Below are positions 9,020-20,200 of a DNA stretch of 64,000 nt, piece by piece. Position 1 is the stretch's first letter. Each line of letters opens with the position of its first letter. The stretch covers positions 64,001 to 128,000 of the forward strand of contig JBHLON010000001.1 in the NCBI GenBank assembly GCA_048940445.1, written 5' to 3'. This DNA comes from Promethearchaeota archaeon (GTDB lineage Archaea > Asgardarchaeota > Lokiarchaeia > Sigyniarchaeales > SOKP01). The position numbers were made by a program, and so were the translations under genes. The notes beneath the pieces were generated by a model that searched no databases, was not told where the DNA came from, and saw only the letters and a program-made list of their open reading frames with translations.

Positions 9020-10237
9020 GTGGTATCATCGATATTTAGTAGAATTAGGTATAAAGTTATGTCTGAAAACTCAAATGTTAAAAAAATGGCTGAAATGGAT
9101 GAATATGAAGAAGAAACGGGCAAGTTAGCGATATGGAAAGGAAAGGTAAGCAAAGATTTTAAAAAGTGGTTGGAGAAAAAGCAGAAAGATGAAATCAAAA
9201 GTCAAAAATTGGAAGCCTTATCTATATCTCGTGTAGAAAAAAAGAAACTTAAAGAGGATATCAAACACGGGCGAGAACTTGGGAAGGATTATGACCATCT
9301 AATCGTTGCAGACGGTTTACATAAGACTTATTTACTCGGCCGTACAGCTGTAGCTGCATTAAGAGGTGTAGATCTAACTATTGATAAGGGAGATTTTGTT
9401 GATATTATGGGTCCAAGTGGAAGTGGAAAAACTACATTGCTTAATTTAATCGGAGGTCTTGATACACCAACGAGAGGTAAGATTTTTTTAGAGGGTCGAA
9501 ATATATCTATGTTAAATGATAATGACTTAGCTGAAATTAGGAAAGAAAGGATTGGTTTTGTATTCCAGTTTTATAATCTTTTACCTCAAATGACCGCCTT
9601 GGAAAATGTTATGGTTCCATTGCATTTTTCTGGAAAGTTAAGCAAGAGAGGTAAGAAAAAAAAGGCTCTTGATTTATTAAGATTGGTTGAACTTGAAGAA
9701 AGAGCACATCATGCTCCTTCAGAGCTTTCAGGTGGTGAACAACAAAGAGTTGCTATAGCGAGAGCTTTTGCAAATGATCCAGCTATAGTCATTTTAGATG
9801 AACCCACAGGAGATCTCGATAGCAAAACAGGAGTCATGATCTTAAATCTTCTCAGAGATTTAAATAAAAGAGGGGCGACTTTTGTAGCAGTAAGCCATGA
9901 TGCTGCAGTATCAGAATTCGCTACTAGAGTATTCCATATGAGAGATGGAAAATTAACTCATGAGGGAAAAGTTGGTGGTTTAAAGGAGACTGAGGCAATG
10001 GAGACAAGAAGGAAGCAAGCGGCTGAAATAAATAAAGAAAAATGTAAAAATATGATTTTTAAATATTTATTCGCAAATCAAGGGAAAGTGGAGATAAAGA
10101 TAAATGATATAAAAAATAGTATCCCTATACAAATAATCACAAATTTACCAGAACATTTTAATGATATTTTATCAGAATTATTAGAAGAAAACAATATTAA
10201 CGGAAATTTAGAAGGAGACTTATTAATACTTCAATAA
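9020..10237 (+). CDS. MacB/LolD-type ABC ATPase with N- and C-terminal extensions
   Basis: Walker A GPSGSGKT, GFVFQFYNL, LSGGEQQRVAIARA, LDEPTGDLD and the H-switch. Likely start ATG 9059. Confidence 0.95.
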   Translation: MVSSIFSRIRYKVMSENSNVKKMAEMDEYEEETGKLAIWKGKVSKDFKKWLEKKQKDEIKSQKLEALSISRVEKKKLKEDIKHGRELGKDYDHLIVADGLHKTYLLGRTAVAALRGVDLTIDKGDFVDIMGPSGSGKTTLLNLIGGLDTPTRGKIFLEGRNISMLNDNDLAEIRKERIGFVFQFYNLLPQMTALENVMVPLHFSGKLSKRGKKKKALDLLRLVELEERAHHAPSELSGGEQQRVAIARAFANDPAIVILDEPTGDLDSKTGVMILNLLRDLNKRGATFVAVSHDAAVSEFATRVFHMRDGKLTHEGKVGGLKETEAMETRRKQAAEINKEKCKNMIFKYLFANQGKVEIKINDIKNSIPIQIITNLPEHFNDILSELLEENNINGNLEGDLLILQ

Positions 10238-10278
10238 TAATATATTCTAATATTTTAATCTACAAATTTTTAAGTGAA

Positions 10279-13272
10279 ATGCCAAATATTAAAAACGTTT
10301 TCAAGTATGCATTTAAAGATTTAAGTAAGCAAAAGGTAAGGACTAGCGTTGGTATAATTGGTGTTATGATCTCAGTGGGATTATTAGCGATAGTCTTATT
10401 TTTATCTGATTCTATCTCGGTAACTTATGTTGATTACATGGCGATCGATGCTGGAAATGCTGATATGAAAATTACTGTGAGGCATTATATCGGTGAACCA
10501 GAAGATAGATCTGAATACTTTAAGTACAATCCTCTAATAAGTTCTATTAAAACTAATTTTCAACAAATTGGTAATTATATTCCACGGATGAATCTGTGGG
10601 GGAATACGAATATCTCAGAAAGTGAAGAATCACCCATCCTCACAAACCAGAGAACACAAGTATTTATTTCAGGGATAAACTTTACTCTAGAAAATCAAAT
10701 AAATTTTGGAGCATTTGTAAAACCCGAAACAACCCAACTATTAAATTTGAAAACTTTACCATTAAATCACTGTTTAATTTATTACAAATTTAATGATGTT
10801 ATTAAATATGCAGTAAATGATTCAATTGAAATTCGAATGGGACTACGGTATGGTAATCAATCATTAGATAGGACGCAAAATTTCACTGTTGATGCTATAT
10901 TTGATTTTAACTTAAAATTCCCATTATACTATTCAAATCAACCTTTAATAGTAGTGGATATTGGTACCCTCTATTCCATTTTCGGTTCAGAAATATTTCA
11001 AGGTAGATGTAGCGAATTAATATTAACTTTTAAAAATGGAAATGAATTTTATGATGCGCGGGATCTAAGTGGATCCAAAGATCGCGTTAGAAGTTTAGCA
11101 GGAGATATTCGGTTATTAATAGGAATAAATCCTTATGATATTGAATTACCAAAATTAGAAATTCTTGGATTCTCAGAAATTTTAAGTGTTGGTATTACAA
11201 TCATATTTGTATTTGTATCAATGATTGCAATGCTAATATCTGGAGTATTAATAAATGGTTTACTGCAAACCTCCGTTGAAGAAAGAATTAGAGAATTTGG
11301 AATATTTAGAACGCTTGGAGCCACTAAAAAATATAATTTATCAATTGTATTAGTACAAGGTTTATTATTATGTAATTTTGGAACTATAGCGGGTATTTTA
11401 GGAGCATATCTCGCAACTCAATTTCTCATTGTTCCAATCGCCGAAGGTGTTGCATCAGAAAGTATTCCAGGATTGGCGGGGCATTTTGCTTTTTCTATAA
11501 GTTTTTGGTCAATTTTAATATCTTACTTAATGGGTTTAATTGTTGGACTAGTAGTGAGTTTATCTCCCGCATATAAAGTAATGAAACTTCAACTTATTGA
11601 ATCAATTCATCCTTATCGTCATGAAGACACACTTTATCATTTACAACAGAAGGCATCAATAAATTATAAATTAGTAATAATGGGAATTATACTAGCTGCA
11701 AATGGTGCTTTTGTACTTTTTGTCATTCCAAGAGTATTAATCTTAGCGGATTTAGCTTTAATGTCTGGAATTTTGATAGCTCTTTTAATAGTTTTCCTTA
11801 TTGGAACAACGTTAGCAGGATTAGGATTAATGCCTTTAGTTTTGAGATTATTTATAGTTGTTTTTCGTCTCTTTTCTAAAAAATTAGCCCCAGTTTACAA
11901 AATCTTTATTTTTCGATATGCTAGAAGAAACGCAACTACCACAATTATTTTTGCATTCGCCTTTTCATTTGTAATTTTTACAGCAGCAGCTGTTCAATTC
12001 CTTACTAATCAAGTTGAAATTGGAGCAAATTTATCATATGGATCAGACTTATTTATTGAAACAACTGGTTGGGAAGAAGAATCTGATCAAGGGGGATCTT
12101 TTGGATTTCAATCTAGTGTTCAAGAAAACTTTTTTCCTAGAGATGCTGATTTCAATTTAAAAACAGCTGCATATTCGATCGATCCTAATAGAATCCTAAC
12201 TACTGATTTTGAGGAAAATCTTTTAAGTATTGATGGTATTGAAAAAGTTTCATGCGTTATTGCTAGCCCATCACATTTAACACAAATATATTCAGTGGAA
12301 GGAAAAGAATTCACGGCAGAGATTGGAGATTATGCAGGGTTGTTCACTCAAGAAGTAACCTTATTGGGAATAGATGAGGAATATCCATCTACTATAAACA
12401 CAAACTACATAGAATTTACTCAAGGAAATCTAAATTCCTTTGATCAATTATTTGCATTAAGCATGGGAGATACTTGCATTATATCAGAAGGATTATCAGT
12501 GAATTTAGATTTAGGCATTAATAACATTATAAGAATGGTAATTCAAAGAGGAGATGAGAGTGAGATATATACTTTTCGAATTGTAGGAGTTGCTGCTACT
12601 ATGCCGGGATTTTCTCAATATTTTAGCAGATCAGGTGGATCTGCCAATATGGGAGGAGTTATGATATCACATACAAATTATTTAGATCTTATGAATATCC
12701 CTCCTATTCCTTATGTCGATAAAATTTTTATTAAACTTCATTCTAGCGCTTTAAGTACTTCGCGAGCCATCGGAGAATTCATCGAGGATAATTACGAACC
12801 ATACTATGATTTTGAATTAACTGATCTTAAAAGCACAGTTAGCTTACAGCAATCTTTTTTTTCAATATTAAATACTTTTTTTAGTATTACATTGGATGCA
12901 ACAATTATAATTTCTCTGTTTGGATTGTTATCTTCTTCTTACTCTACTATATTGGAAAGAAAGAAAGAGATTGGAATTATACGGACTTTGGGATTAAAAG
13001 GAAAACAAATCAATCATCTATTTACAATTGAAGCTTTAATAATAATGCTAAGTAGCGGAACTGTGGGGGTAATTGTGGGTTGGTTAACAGGACTTCTATT
13101 GTCTACATCTATAAATGTGCTATCAAATTTACCCAACAACCCAGTATTTCCCTTAAATAACATGATCATTATTTATGTTGTCTCAATTATCGCCACTTTA
13201 ATTGGTATGAAATTATTGTTGAGGAAAGTCCGTAAACAAAAGATAGTTGATATATATAGAGAGACTATGTAG
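10279..13272 (+). CDS. ABC permease, duplicated FtsX/MacB type (permease 1)
   Basis: Two FtsX motifs (SVEERIREFGIFRTLGA; ILERKKEIGIIRTLG) and two large extracytoplasmic domains. Confidence 0.92.
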   Translation: MPNIKNVFKYAFKDLSKQKVRTSVGIIGVMISVGLLAIVLFLSDSISVTYVDYMAIDAGNADMKITVRHYIGEPEDRSEYFKYNPLISSIKTNFQQIGNYIPRMNLWGNTNISESEESPILTNQRTQVFISGINFTLENQINFGAFVKPETTQLLNLKTLPLNHCLIYYKFNDVIKYAVNDSIEIRMGLRYGNQSLDRTQNFTVDAIFDFNLKFPLYYSNQPLIVVDIGTLYSIFGSEIFQGRCSELILTFKNGNEFYDARDLSGSKDRVRSLAGDIRLLIGINPYDIELPKLEILGFSEILSVGITIIFVFVSMIAMLISGVLINGLLQTSVEERIREFGIFRTLGATKKYNLSIVLVQGLLLCNFGTIAGILGAYLATQFLIVPIAEGVASESIPGLAGHFAFSISFWSILISYLMGLIVGLVVSLSPAYKVMKLQLIESIHPYRHEDTLYHLQQKASINYKLVIMGIILAANGAFVLFVIPRVLILADLALMSGILIALLIVFLIGTTLAGLGLMPLVLRLFIVVFRLFSKKLAPVYKIFIFRYARRNATTTIIFAFAFSFVIFTAAAVQFLTNQVEIGANLSYGSDLFIETTGWEEESDQGGSFGFQSSVQENFFPRDADFNLKTAAYSIDPNRILTTDFEENLLSIDGIEKVSCVIASPSHLTQIYSVEGKEFTAEIGDYAGLFTQEVTLLGIDEEYPSTINTNYIEFTQGNLNSFDQLFALSMGDTCIISEGLSVNLDLGINNIIRMVIQRGDESEIYTFRIVGVAATMPGFSQYFSRSGGSANMGGVMISHTNYLDLMNIPPIPYVDKIFIKLHSSALSTSRAIGEFIEDNYEPYYDFELTDLKSTVSLQQSFFSILNTFFSITLDATIIISLFGLLSSSYSTILERKKEIGIIRTLGLKGKQINHLFTIEALIIMLSSGTVGVIVGWLTGLLLSTSINVLSNLPNNPVFPLNNMIIIYVVSIIATLIGMKLLLRKVRKQKIVDIYRETM

Positions 13273-13290
13273 GAGGTATTAAAATAAAAG

Positions 13291-16200
13291 ATGTTAAGAC
13301 ATATTAATCGAAAGGTATGGATCATCTTTATTTCAATATTGTTTATATCTCCGATTTCGATTTTAAATTTTATAGCAATTGACTATGAACAAGTGTCAGA
13401 AGATATCCAAGAAGATATTAATTTAAAGGATTCAGATGTTGCTGGGACAGATCTTTATGCTGAAAAGATAAATGCATATGTAGCTGGTAATCAATCTGTA
13501 ATTAAACAATCACTTTTTACGAATGATACAAATATATTACCAAATTTTGACATTCGTGATCCTGCATTTTATAAATGCAACTTTCTGATAAGTGCATCCA
13601 ATGGAATAACCCCAAAGATTTTTCCAAGGATCTTAAATGAAAATGGCTTTTCTAATCAATATTCAGTCAGTTTTAATGGATTTTCTGGTTTTCTTTATTA
13701 TGATGAAATTCTTTCTGAACAAGAAGCGAAGTTAAGAGCTTCTAGAGCTCTTGAAATTATAAAGAGAAAATTCGCAATTGATTTAATAATGATTAATGTT
13801 TCAAATCCAAATTTCTTCCCTTTTGTAGGATATTATCCTGATTGGGCATTATTTTTTAAAGAAGTTACTGAAAATCTTCCCATGGATGGCTATTGGAAAG
13901 CGTTGGATTTAAACAGATTAACATCAAAAGAATATCTCTTAAATTATCATATTTCTTCCACTATTTTTACTCTAAATTCGTTTGATTTTTTCGAAAAAGA
14001 TATTTTAGCTTCAATTAAACAAGTAAATTTTAATTTAGATTCACTAGATTTATCTTTTGTTTATTCTTTAGAAATTGAAAATTTGTTTGAACAATTAACA
14101 GATTTAATTGTGGATTATGGAAGTATCTATGGCAATATTTCCCAAATTATAGGGAATAATCAAACTGTTACACAAGAAGATTTTGAACAATTTAGCACTT
14201 TTTTTGATATGTTATCATTATCTAATAAATCACAATATACTAGTTTAATGATACAATATGAAGGTAACGAGAGAGCTATTAAGAAGGTCGGCAAAAATCA
14301 ATATGAATTTAATTTGTGGGATGCTCTAAATTACAATGGAATTTCATTACGTCCAAGTGAAAAAATATTTATAGCATTGATAGGAGCTTTTATGAGTGAA
14401 ATTAATATAAATATACTATGTACTGATATAATTGATGTAACACCAAAATACTTCAGTCTATATGAGTTTCTATTAGAACAGGTTGAAACCTTATTATTTT
14501 ACGCTGGGGTGGACTTTGATTTAGATTTGGTAAGAGATTATTCTTTTAATTTATTTTGGGTAGATCAAGGTGGAATTAAACAGAGTTATATCAAACCTGT
14601 CAATTTAAATGATGACACAGATTTCATTAACTTTTTACCTGTTTTAGGGTTTCAAGGACTCCCCGGAATCCCAACCGGTATTTTTAACCCTGTTAAAGAT
14701 TTTAGAGTTAAATATCTTACCAATACTTCTGATTCAAATATGGTCATTAAGAAAGAATTATTAAATGATAATTCCTCCTTTGGAGTATCTAAAGATTTTT
14801 CATTTAACATTACTGCTCAAAATTTAAGCAATCATTCTGTTTGGGGTGTTAAAACATCTTTTCCTTTAAACCTTGGGGATATTTTTACATTTCTTGCTGG
14901 ACCATTCAGTGAAGACCTTATGGATGATATGTGGGAAATAGTGAAGATAGAATATCCAAATCAATACAATTCTTTAGAAGATTTCTTTAATTTTGATGAG
15001 GATCCACGAATCTTCTATTTTGATTCATTAGGGACGGGTTTAATTGATATGTATTATCCTAATATCAATAATATTACAAATCTTTGGCCATATAATAATG
15101 ATGCAGATAATGTTTTAGATATTTTGTTTGATTCATACCCAATCTATTTAACAATTCTCAATCCAGGTGAAACTAAAGATCTTTTTACGAATGAAAATAG
15201 CATTTGGAATAAGAACAATTGGAAATTAAACCCTTATCAAAAAATTTCTTATATCTATTCGAATCTTTCCATAGAAAGTTTTGATTCTTATACTGAATTT
15301 TATCGATTCAACTTTACTATTAAAGAAACGCCTCCTGTACTGCCTGTTATGATTTCAGGTAATTCTATTATGAATACTGATCCCTATATGGCATTATTAA
15401 ATGATAAGGATAGTTGGGTAATTGAATCAGAAGAGCAATATGTAGATCAGTATGATTTAGAACTTATTTTTATGTTTCAAAATCAAACTAATATAGACTT
15501 AAATAATAACTCTATAGAAAGAGTTTCTATTACGATCAATTATACAACTCCCCTCAATGTTATTTCCTTTGAAATATTTGATTATTCAATTGAGGAGTAC
15601 ATCGATATGAGTCCCAATTTAGATTCAAGAGAAAATGAGACTTCAACTTTTTCTTATACAAATGTAAATACAACTTTAAATTGGATGTTTGATCCATATG
15701 ATCAAAATAATTACACTCTTATAATACGCATAAAAGGAATGGATTCAAATCCTTTTAACATTTCTATAAATAATTTTGATGTCTTTTTCTCTTATAGAGA
15801 TATTAATGAATATAAGAGTTCAAGTTCAAGAGTCATTTATTCGTCACTAGCTGGGAACATTCAATATATCCGAAGGTCTAATTCAGTTTCACTTAGCACT
15901 GATAATATGAGCTCTATAATATCTTTTGCATATTTAAATAATTACAACTTAAAAGCAGGTGAAGTAAATACTTATAATCTATATTTCCAAAATATTGGAT
16001 CTGCTACTGCTAATGAGATTAATGTTTCAATTTTGATTCCAGGAATCATTAAGGATGGTAATAAATTCACAATAAGAGATAACTATCTAAATTATTATCT
16101 GCCTAGCCTTGCTCCATTCGAAAAAGAAGAAGTCAATTTCACTTTCTATACTCCCAATTCAGAATCTATTTTTAATGCAATAATTAGTTATGAGAATCCA

Positions 16201-17196
16201 ACATTCATTAATAACCTAAATAGCTCTGAATTAAGTTCAAGACCAAATGAGGTTAATATATTTGCTTTTATTGATTATATAGATTACTTTCCATTTATCC
16301 ATTCTTTAAGTATTTCTTATAATTTTTCAGATTCATATCCTTTAATTGGAGACTTGTTTAATTTATCGATTAACATGAAGAATGTCGGGAGATGGGACAT
16401 TCCTATATCTCAGATGAATATAACATTAGGTGATCAATTTGGAGATTTAATTTACAAGAATCCATCTCCCATCTTATCGTTCAATAATGTAAGCTTTAAT
16501 AGTGTAAAAACAATAAAGTTTGTATTAAAAAAGCTTGATTGGAAAGGTTATTTTTGCCCTTCTATTAACTTTATCACCAATAAAGACTATAGATTATTTC
16601 AAATTGCGAGGTCGTCCCCAATTATTCTTGGAAATATTTCTTTATTTATTTACAAAACTATAAGCAAAAATCAAATGGAAAGTGGAGAAGTAGTTAATGT
16701 AGAAGTAAAAGTCAGGAATATTGGGAATATTTGCATCAAAAATCTTACATTAAGTGATGTTCTCAGCTTTAATCAAATTTATTTTGATCTCGTTGAAGGG
16801 AGTCTTATTAAAAAGATTAGTTGCCTTAAACCTAACGAAACTTTATCAATGTTGTATAAAGTGAAAGCTAAGTCTCAATCTATTATTACATTAAAAGCAG
16901 CGAGTATTGAATACTACTTTTTAAGAAAATCAATTGTCATCTCGAATGAAATTGATGTAAAAGTGATAATTCCTAAGATAATTCAAATGAATTTTGTCCT
17001 CATACCTTTAATAGTTTCTTTGGTTGTTCTGGTTATTTCTTCATGGCAAGTTAGTTCCCAGAGATCAAAGAGACTTGAGCTTCGAAGGCTTGAGGCGTCA
17101 ATTCTCAGAGCTAGTCCAAGAGATTCAATTATTAAAATAAAAGGTTCATTGAAAGAGGAATTCGATAAAATAGGGCAAAGAGAAGAACGTAAATGA
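13291..17196 (+). CDS. Large membrane-anchored surface glycoprotein with C-terminal DUF11/Ig-like repeats
   Basis: N-terminal signal/TM; many N-x-S/T sequons; three modules of the type 'GEVVNVEVKVRNIG...LTLSD...LKPNET'; C-terminal TM and basic tail; AGGAGG upstream. Confidence 0.7.
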   Translation: MLRHINRKVWIIFISILFISPISILNFIAIDYEQVSEDIQEDINLKDSDVAGTDLYAEKINAYVAGNQSVIKQSLFTNDTNILPNFDIRDPAFYKCNFLISASNGITPKIFPRILNENGFSNQYSVSFNGFSGFLYYDEILSEQEAKLRASRALEIIKRKFAIDLIMINVSNPNFFPFVGYYPDWALFFKEVTENLPMDGYWKALDLNRLTSKEYLLNYHISSTIFTLNSFDFFEKDILASIKQVNFNLDSLDLSFVYSLEIENLFEQLTDLIVDYGSIYGNISQIIGNNQTVTQEDFEQFSTFFDMLSLSNKSQYTSLMIQYEGNERAIKKVGKNQYEFNLWDALNYNGISLRPSEKIFIALIGAFMSEININILCTDIIDVTPKYFSLYEFLLEQVETLLFYAGVDFDLDLVRDYSFNLFWVDQGGIKQSYIKPVNLNDDTDFINFLPVLGFQGLPGIPTGIFNPVKDFRVKYLTNTSDSNMVIKKELLNDNSSFGVSKDFSFNITAQNLSNHSVWGVKTSFPLNLGDIFTFLAGPFSEDLMDDMWEIVKIEYPNQYNSLEDFFNFDEDPRIFYFDSLGTGLIDMYYPNINNITNLWPYNNDADNVLDILFDSYPIYLTILNPGETKDLFTNENSIWNKNNWKLNPYQKISYIYSNLSIESFDSYTEFYRFNFTIKETPPVLPVMISGNSIMNTDPYMALLNDKDSWVIESEEQYVDQYDLELIFMFQNQTNIDLNNNSIERVSITINYTTPLNVISFEIFDYSIEEYIDMSPNLDSRENETSTFSYTNVNTTLNWMFDPYDQNNYTLIIRIKGMDSNPFNISINNFDVFFSYRDINEYKSSSSRVIYSSLAGNIQYIRRSNSVSLSTDNMSSIISFAYLNNYNLKAGEVNTYNLYFQNIGSATANEINVSILIPGIIKDGNKFTIRDNYLNYYLPSLAPFEKEEVNFTFYTPNSESIFNAIISYENPTFINNLNSSELSSRPNEVNIFAFIDYIDYFPFIHSLSISYNFSDSYPLIGDLFNLSINMKNVGRWDIPISQMNITLGDQFGDLIYKNPSPILSFNNVSFNSVKTIKFVLKKLDWKGYFCPSINFITNKDYRLFQIARSSPIILGNISLFIYKTISKNQMESGEVVNVEVKVRNIGNICIKNLTLSDVLSFNQIYFDLVEGSLIKKISCLKPNETLSMLYKVKAKSQSIITLKAASIEYYFLRKSIVISNEIDVKVIIPKIIQMNFVLIPLIVSLVVLVISSWQVSSQRSKRLELRRLEASILRASPRDSIIKIKGSLKEEFDKIGQREERK

Positions 17197-17221
17197 AAGT
17201 AGGAAAGAGGTACATAAAAGA

Positions 17222-20200
17222 ATGAAAGTTAAGATAAAATGCATATATCTGTTAATTGTATTATTTATTTCTAATATTGGGCTATTAGCTCTACATTTTA
17301 ATATATATACCCCATCTACTCAGCTTTACTCTAATTCTAGCTCAGATTATCCTCAATTATCCGATACAGATAAAAAACCTGTCATAATTTTCCTTAATCA
17401 ATCATCATATGATCAAAATGCAAAAATTAGATTCCAATCTTATGGAGGAATACTAAAAAATGACAATGATTGGAATAATGTGTTTAATGGGATTTCTGGA
17501 TTTGCTGGTATAATTCCTATTTCAAACTTAACTGCGTTTAGTAGTGAATTTCCAGAAATGAATATTGAAACAGATGAAATTATTGAAACGCAAATGAATT
17601 ATGCCAGCTTTCAATCGGGAGCTAAAAATTCAACTTGGTATCTTAATGGATATAAAGGAAATACAGATTCTTCAATTGCTGTCCTAGATAGCGGTGTAAA
17701 TGCTGAACAAATTTATCTAAAAGATAAGATAGTAGGAGGCCAGAGTTTTGTTGATAAAAACTCATTCTTGGATGAATATGGTCATGGAACATTAATTTCT
17801 TCAATTATTGCAGGAACGGGGTCAGAACATTACAATTCAAATACACCATCAGTTATAAATTTGCATGGAAATTATACCCATGCAGAATTATTCGGTTATG
17901 ATCCAAGTCCCAGAAATTTTACGTTAAAAATTTGTTCATTCAATACCTCAAAATTAAACTCAAAGATAATTCTAAATTCATCATGGAACCTAATAAAGCC
18001 CGGTATTGATAAGTTTTGGTTTGAGTTATACTGTAATAATGACTTAGTAAACATTTCAGAACAAGTAATTCCAGATCAAGAAAATATAATTAGACACCAA
18101 GTTATTGAAAGCGGTTTAGGTGTATATGACTTTTATCTAAAGTATCATCGTCAAACTAACAAATTTCCTGAGTTTTCCTTTAATTCTCAGGCTTCAATCT
18201 TTCCTGAAGTTTATATAAAATATAATAATCATTTTACCGGTATTGCCAATAGTACTCAAATTCTATCTTATAAAGTAATAAATAGAACAGGTATAGGATA
18301 TACTTCTGATTTAATTTCTGCTTTAGGTAGTTTAATTCAGAATCGAAGCAAGTATCATATTGTTAGTGCTTGTTTAAGTATTGGTATGACTGGAAATGAT
18401 TTTGGAGCAATTAGTAAGGCAATCAATGAAGTAATCGATAATGGGATCATTGTTATAATTGCTGCTGGAAACTTAGGCGTAAAAGGTACAGAATCGACGT
18501 TAAATAAACTAGCATTGAAGAACAATGCAATCATTGTTGGAGCTATTAATGATGATGACCAAATTTGTTCGTATAGCGGAACTGGAAATGAATTAGATAT
18601 TGTTGCACCTGGTGGTAGTAGGTTAAAGAACCACAGAACGATTATTGGGGCAGATGCTCAATCCAATTTCTCAACTTCGGCAACTGGAACATCAATTTCT
18701 ACAGCTATTGTAGCAGCAGCAACAAATATTTTAATTGAGGTTTTATGGGGTAATTGGAGTGAGTGGGAGAATCAAAATTTTCAAGAGAGAGTAAAAATTA
18801 TTAAATCAATCCTTTTAATGACTGCAACTGAAACAAATAATCAAAGAGAAGAAGATCCTAGTACAAGTATTAATGAGAGTCAATACTCTCCTACAAGCTT
18901 CTCAGGCATATCAAGTAGTATAAAAGATGAGCATGAAGGTTATGGAAGAGTCAATATTCAAGTCGCAATTGATGCAATAAGTAAATCTTTAGAAGTTAAT
19001 AGTTCCATATATGATTATCTTTATAGTTCTCAAGAAAAACCACTAGGAAAACATGCTTTTGCAAGAAGAGTTAATTTAGTGCCGAATAGACAATATGTCT
19101 TCAATCTCACTAAAATTGATAGGACAGCTAATTTTGATTTATATTTATTTTCAAATCAATCTAAAAAAAATGGAGAACCAATAATTCTTCAAACTTCAAG
19201 GAAATGGTATCGAAATTCACACTATCTTTATTTCACTCCTAAAAATAATCAAACAGAATGTATAATTATAGTTAAAGCCTCTTATGGGTATGGAAATTTT
19301 ACTTTAAAAATTTCTGAAGTGAATAATATTTATTTTCCTCAATTGAAAATACCTGAAATCTCTTATTATGGAGGGTTAAAAAATACGACTGTAATGGGAT
19401 TTCAAGAATTTTTAGGAAGTAATCATCCCAAAAATTATTCAATAGATCGATACAGGTTCTATATTAATTATTATGACAATGATTCTTCTAATATACCTCC
19501 TCAAGAAGTATATGTGAGTATTGTGGAGCTATCAAGGAATTTTACTATGTCTCAACTAAATGAAATGGATACTAATTATACCGATGGAGTTTTATTTGTT
19601 AGTGAATATGTTGAGCTAAAAAAGCCTCGAACCTATCATTATTTTTTTATTGGGAGTGACGGTTCTCATAGAGGGAGATATCCAGAAGTTGATGAATTAT
19701 TTATTTCAATAGAATATCCCTCTGACACTAAAAAATTCCCTTATAGTCATAGCTTTAACAACGGTTTAGACAATTGGATTTATAATGGTACTGGATGGGG
19801 ATTATTATTCCAAAATAATTTTATTGATAATAGATCAGGAATCTATGCAAATAACTGGAGTTCAATGTATTTTGGGGCGTTTCATAATTACCCCTCAAAC
19901 TATTCTTATCAACCAGATTTAATTACAAAACCTTACCCGAATGGAACTCTTTATAGTCCCTTATTCGATCTTACTCAAATAGACAATCAATCGACAATTC
20001 CATTTGCGAGGTTTGGTTTGAGGACTAGTATTAATTCTGGAGATTTTATAATATTGCAGATTAGCCTTAATTGGACGAATTGGATAACTTTGCGGATTTA
20101 TACTAATGAAGAGACCGAATGGCATATTGAAAGTTTTAATTTAACCGAATATTTGGGATTTTTTATCCAATTTAGACTTATATCACTTTTAGATGACAAT

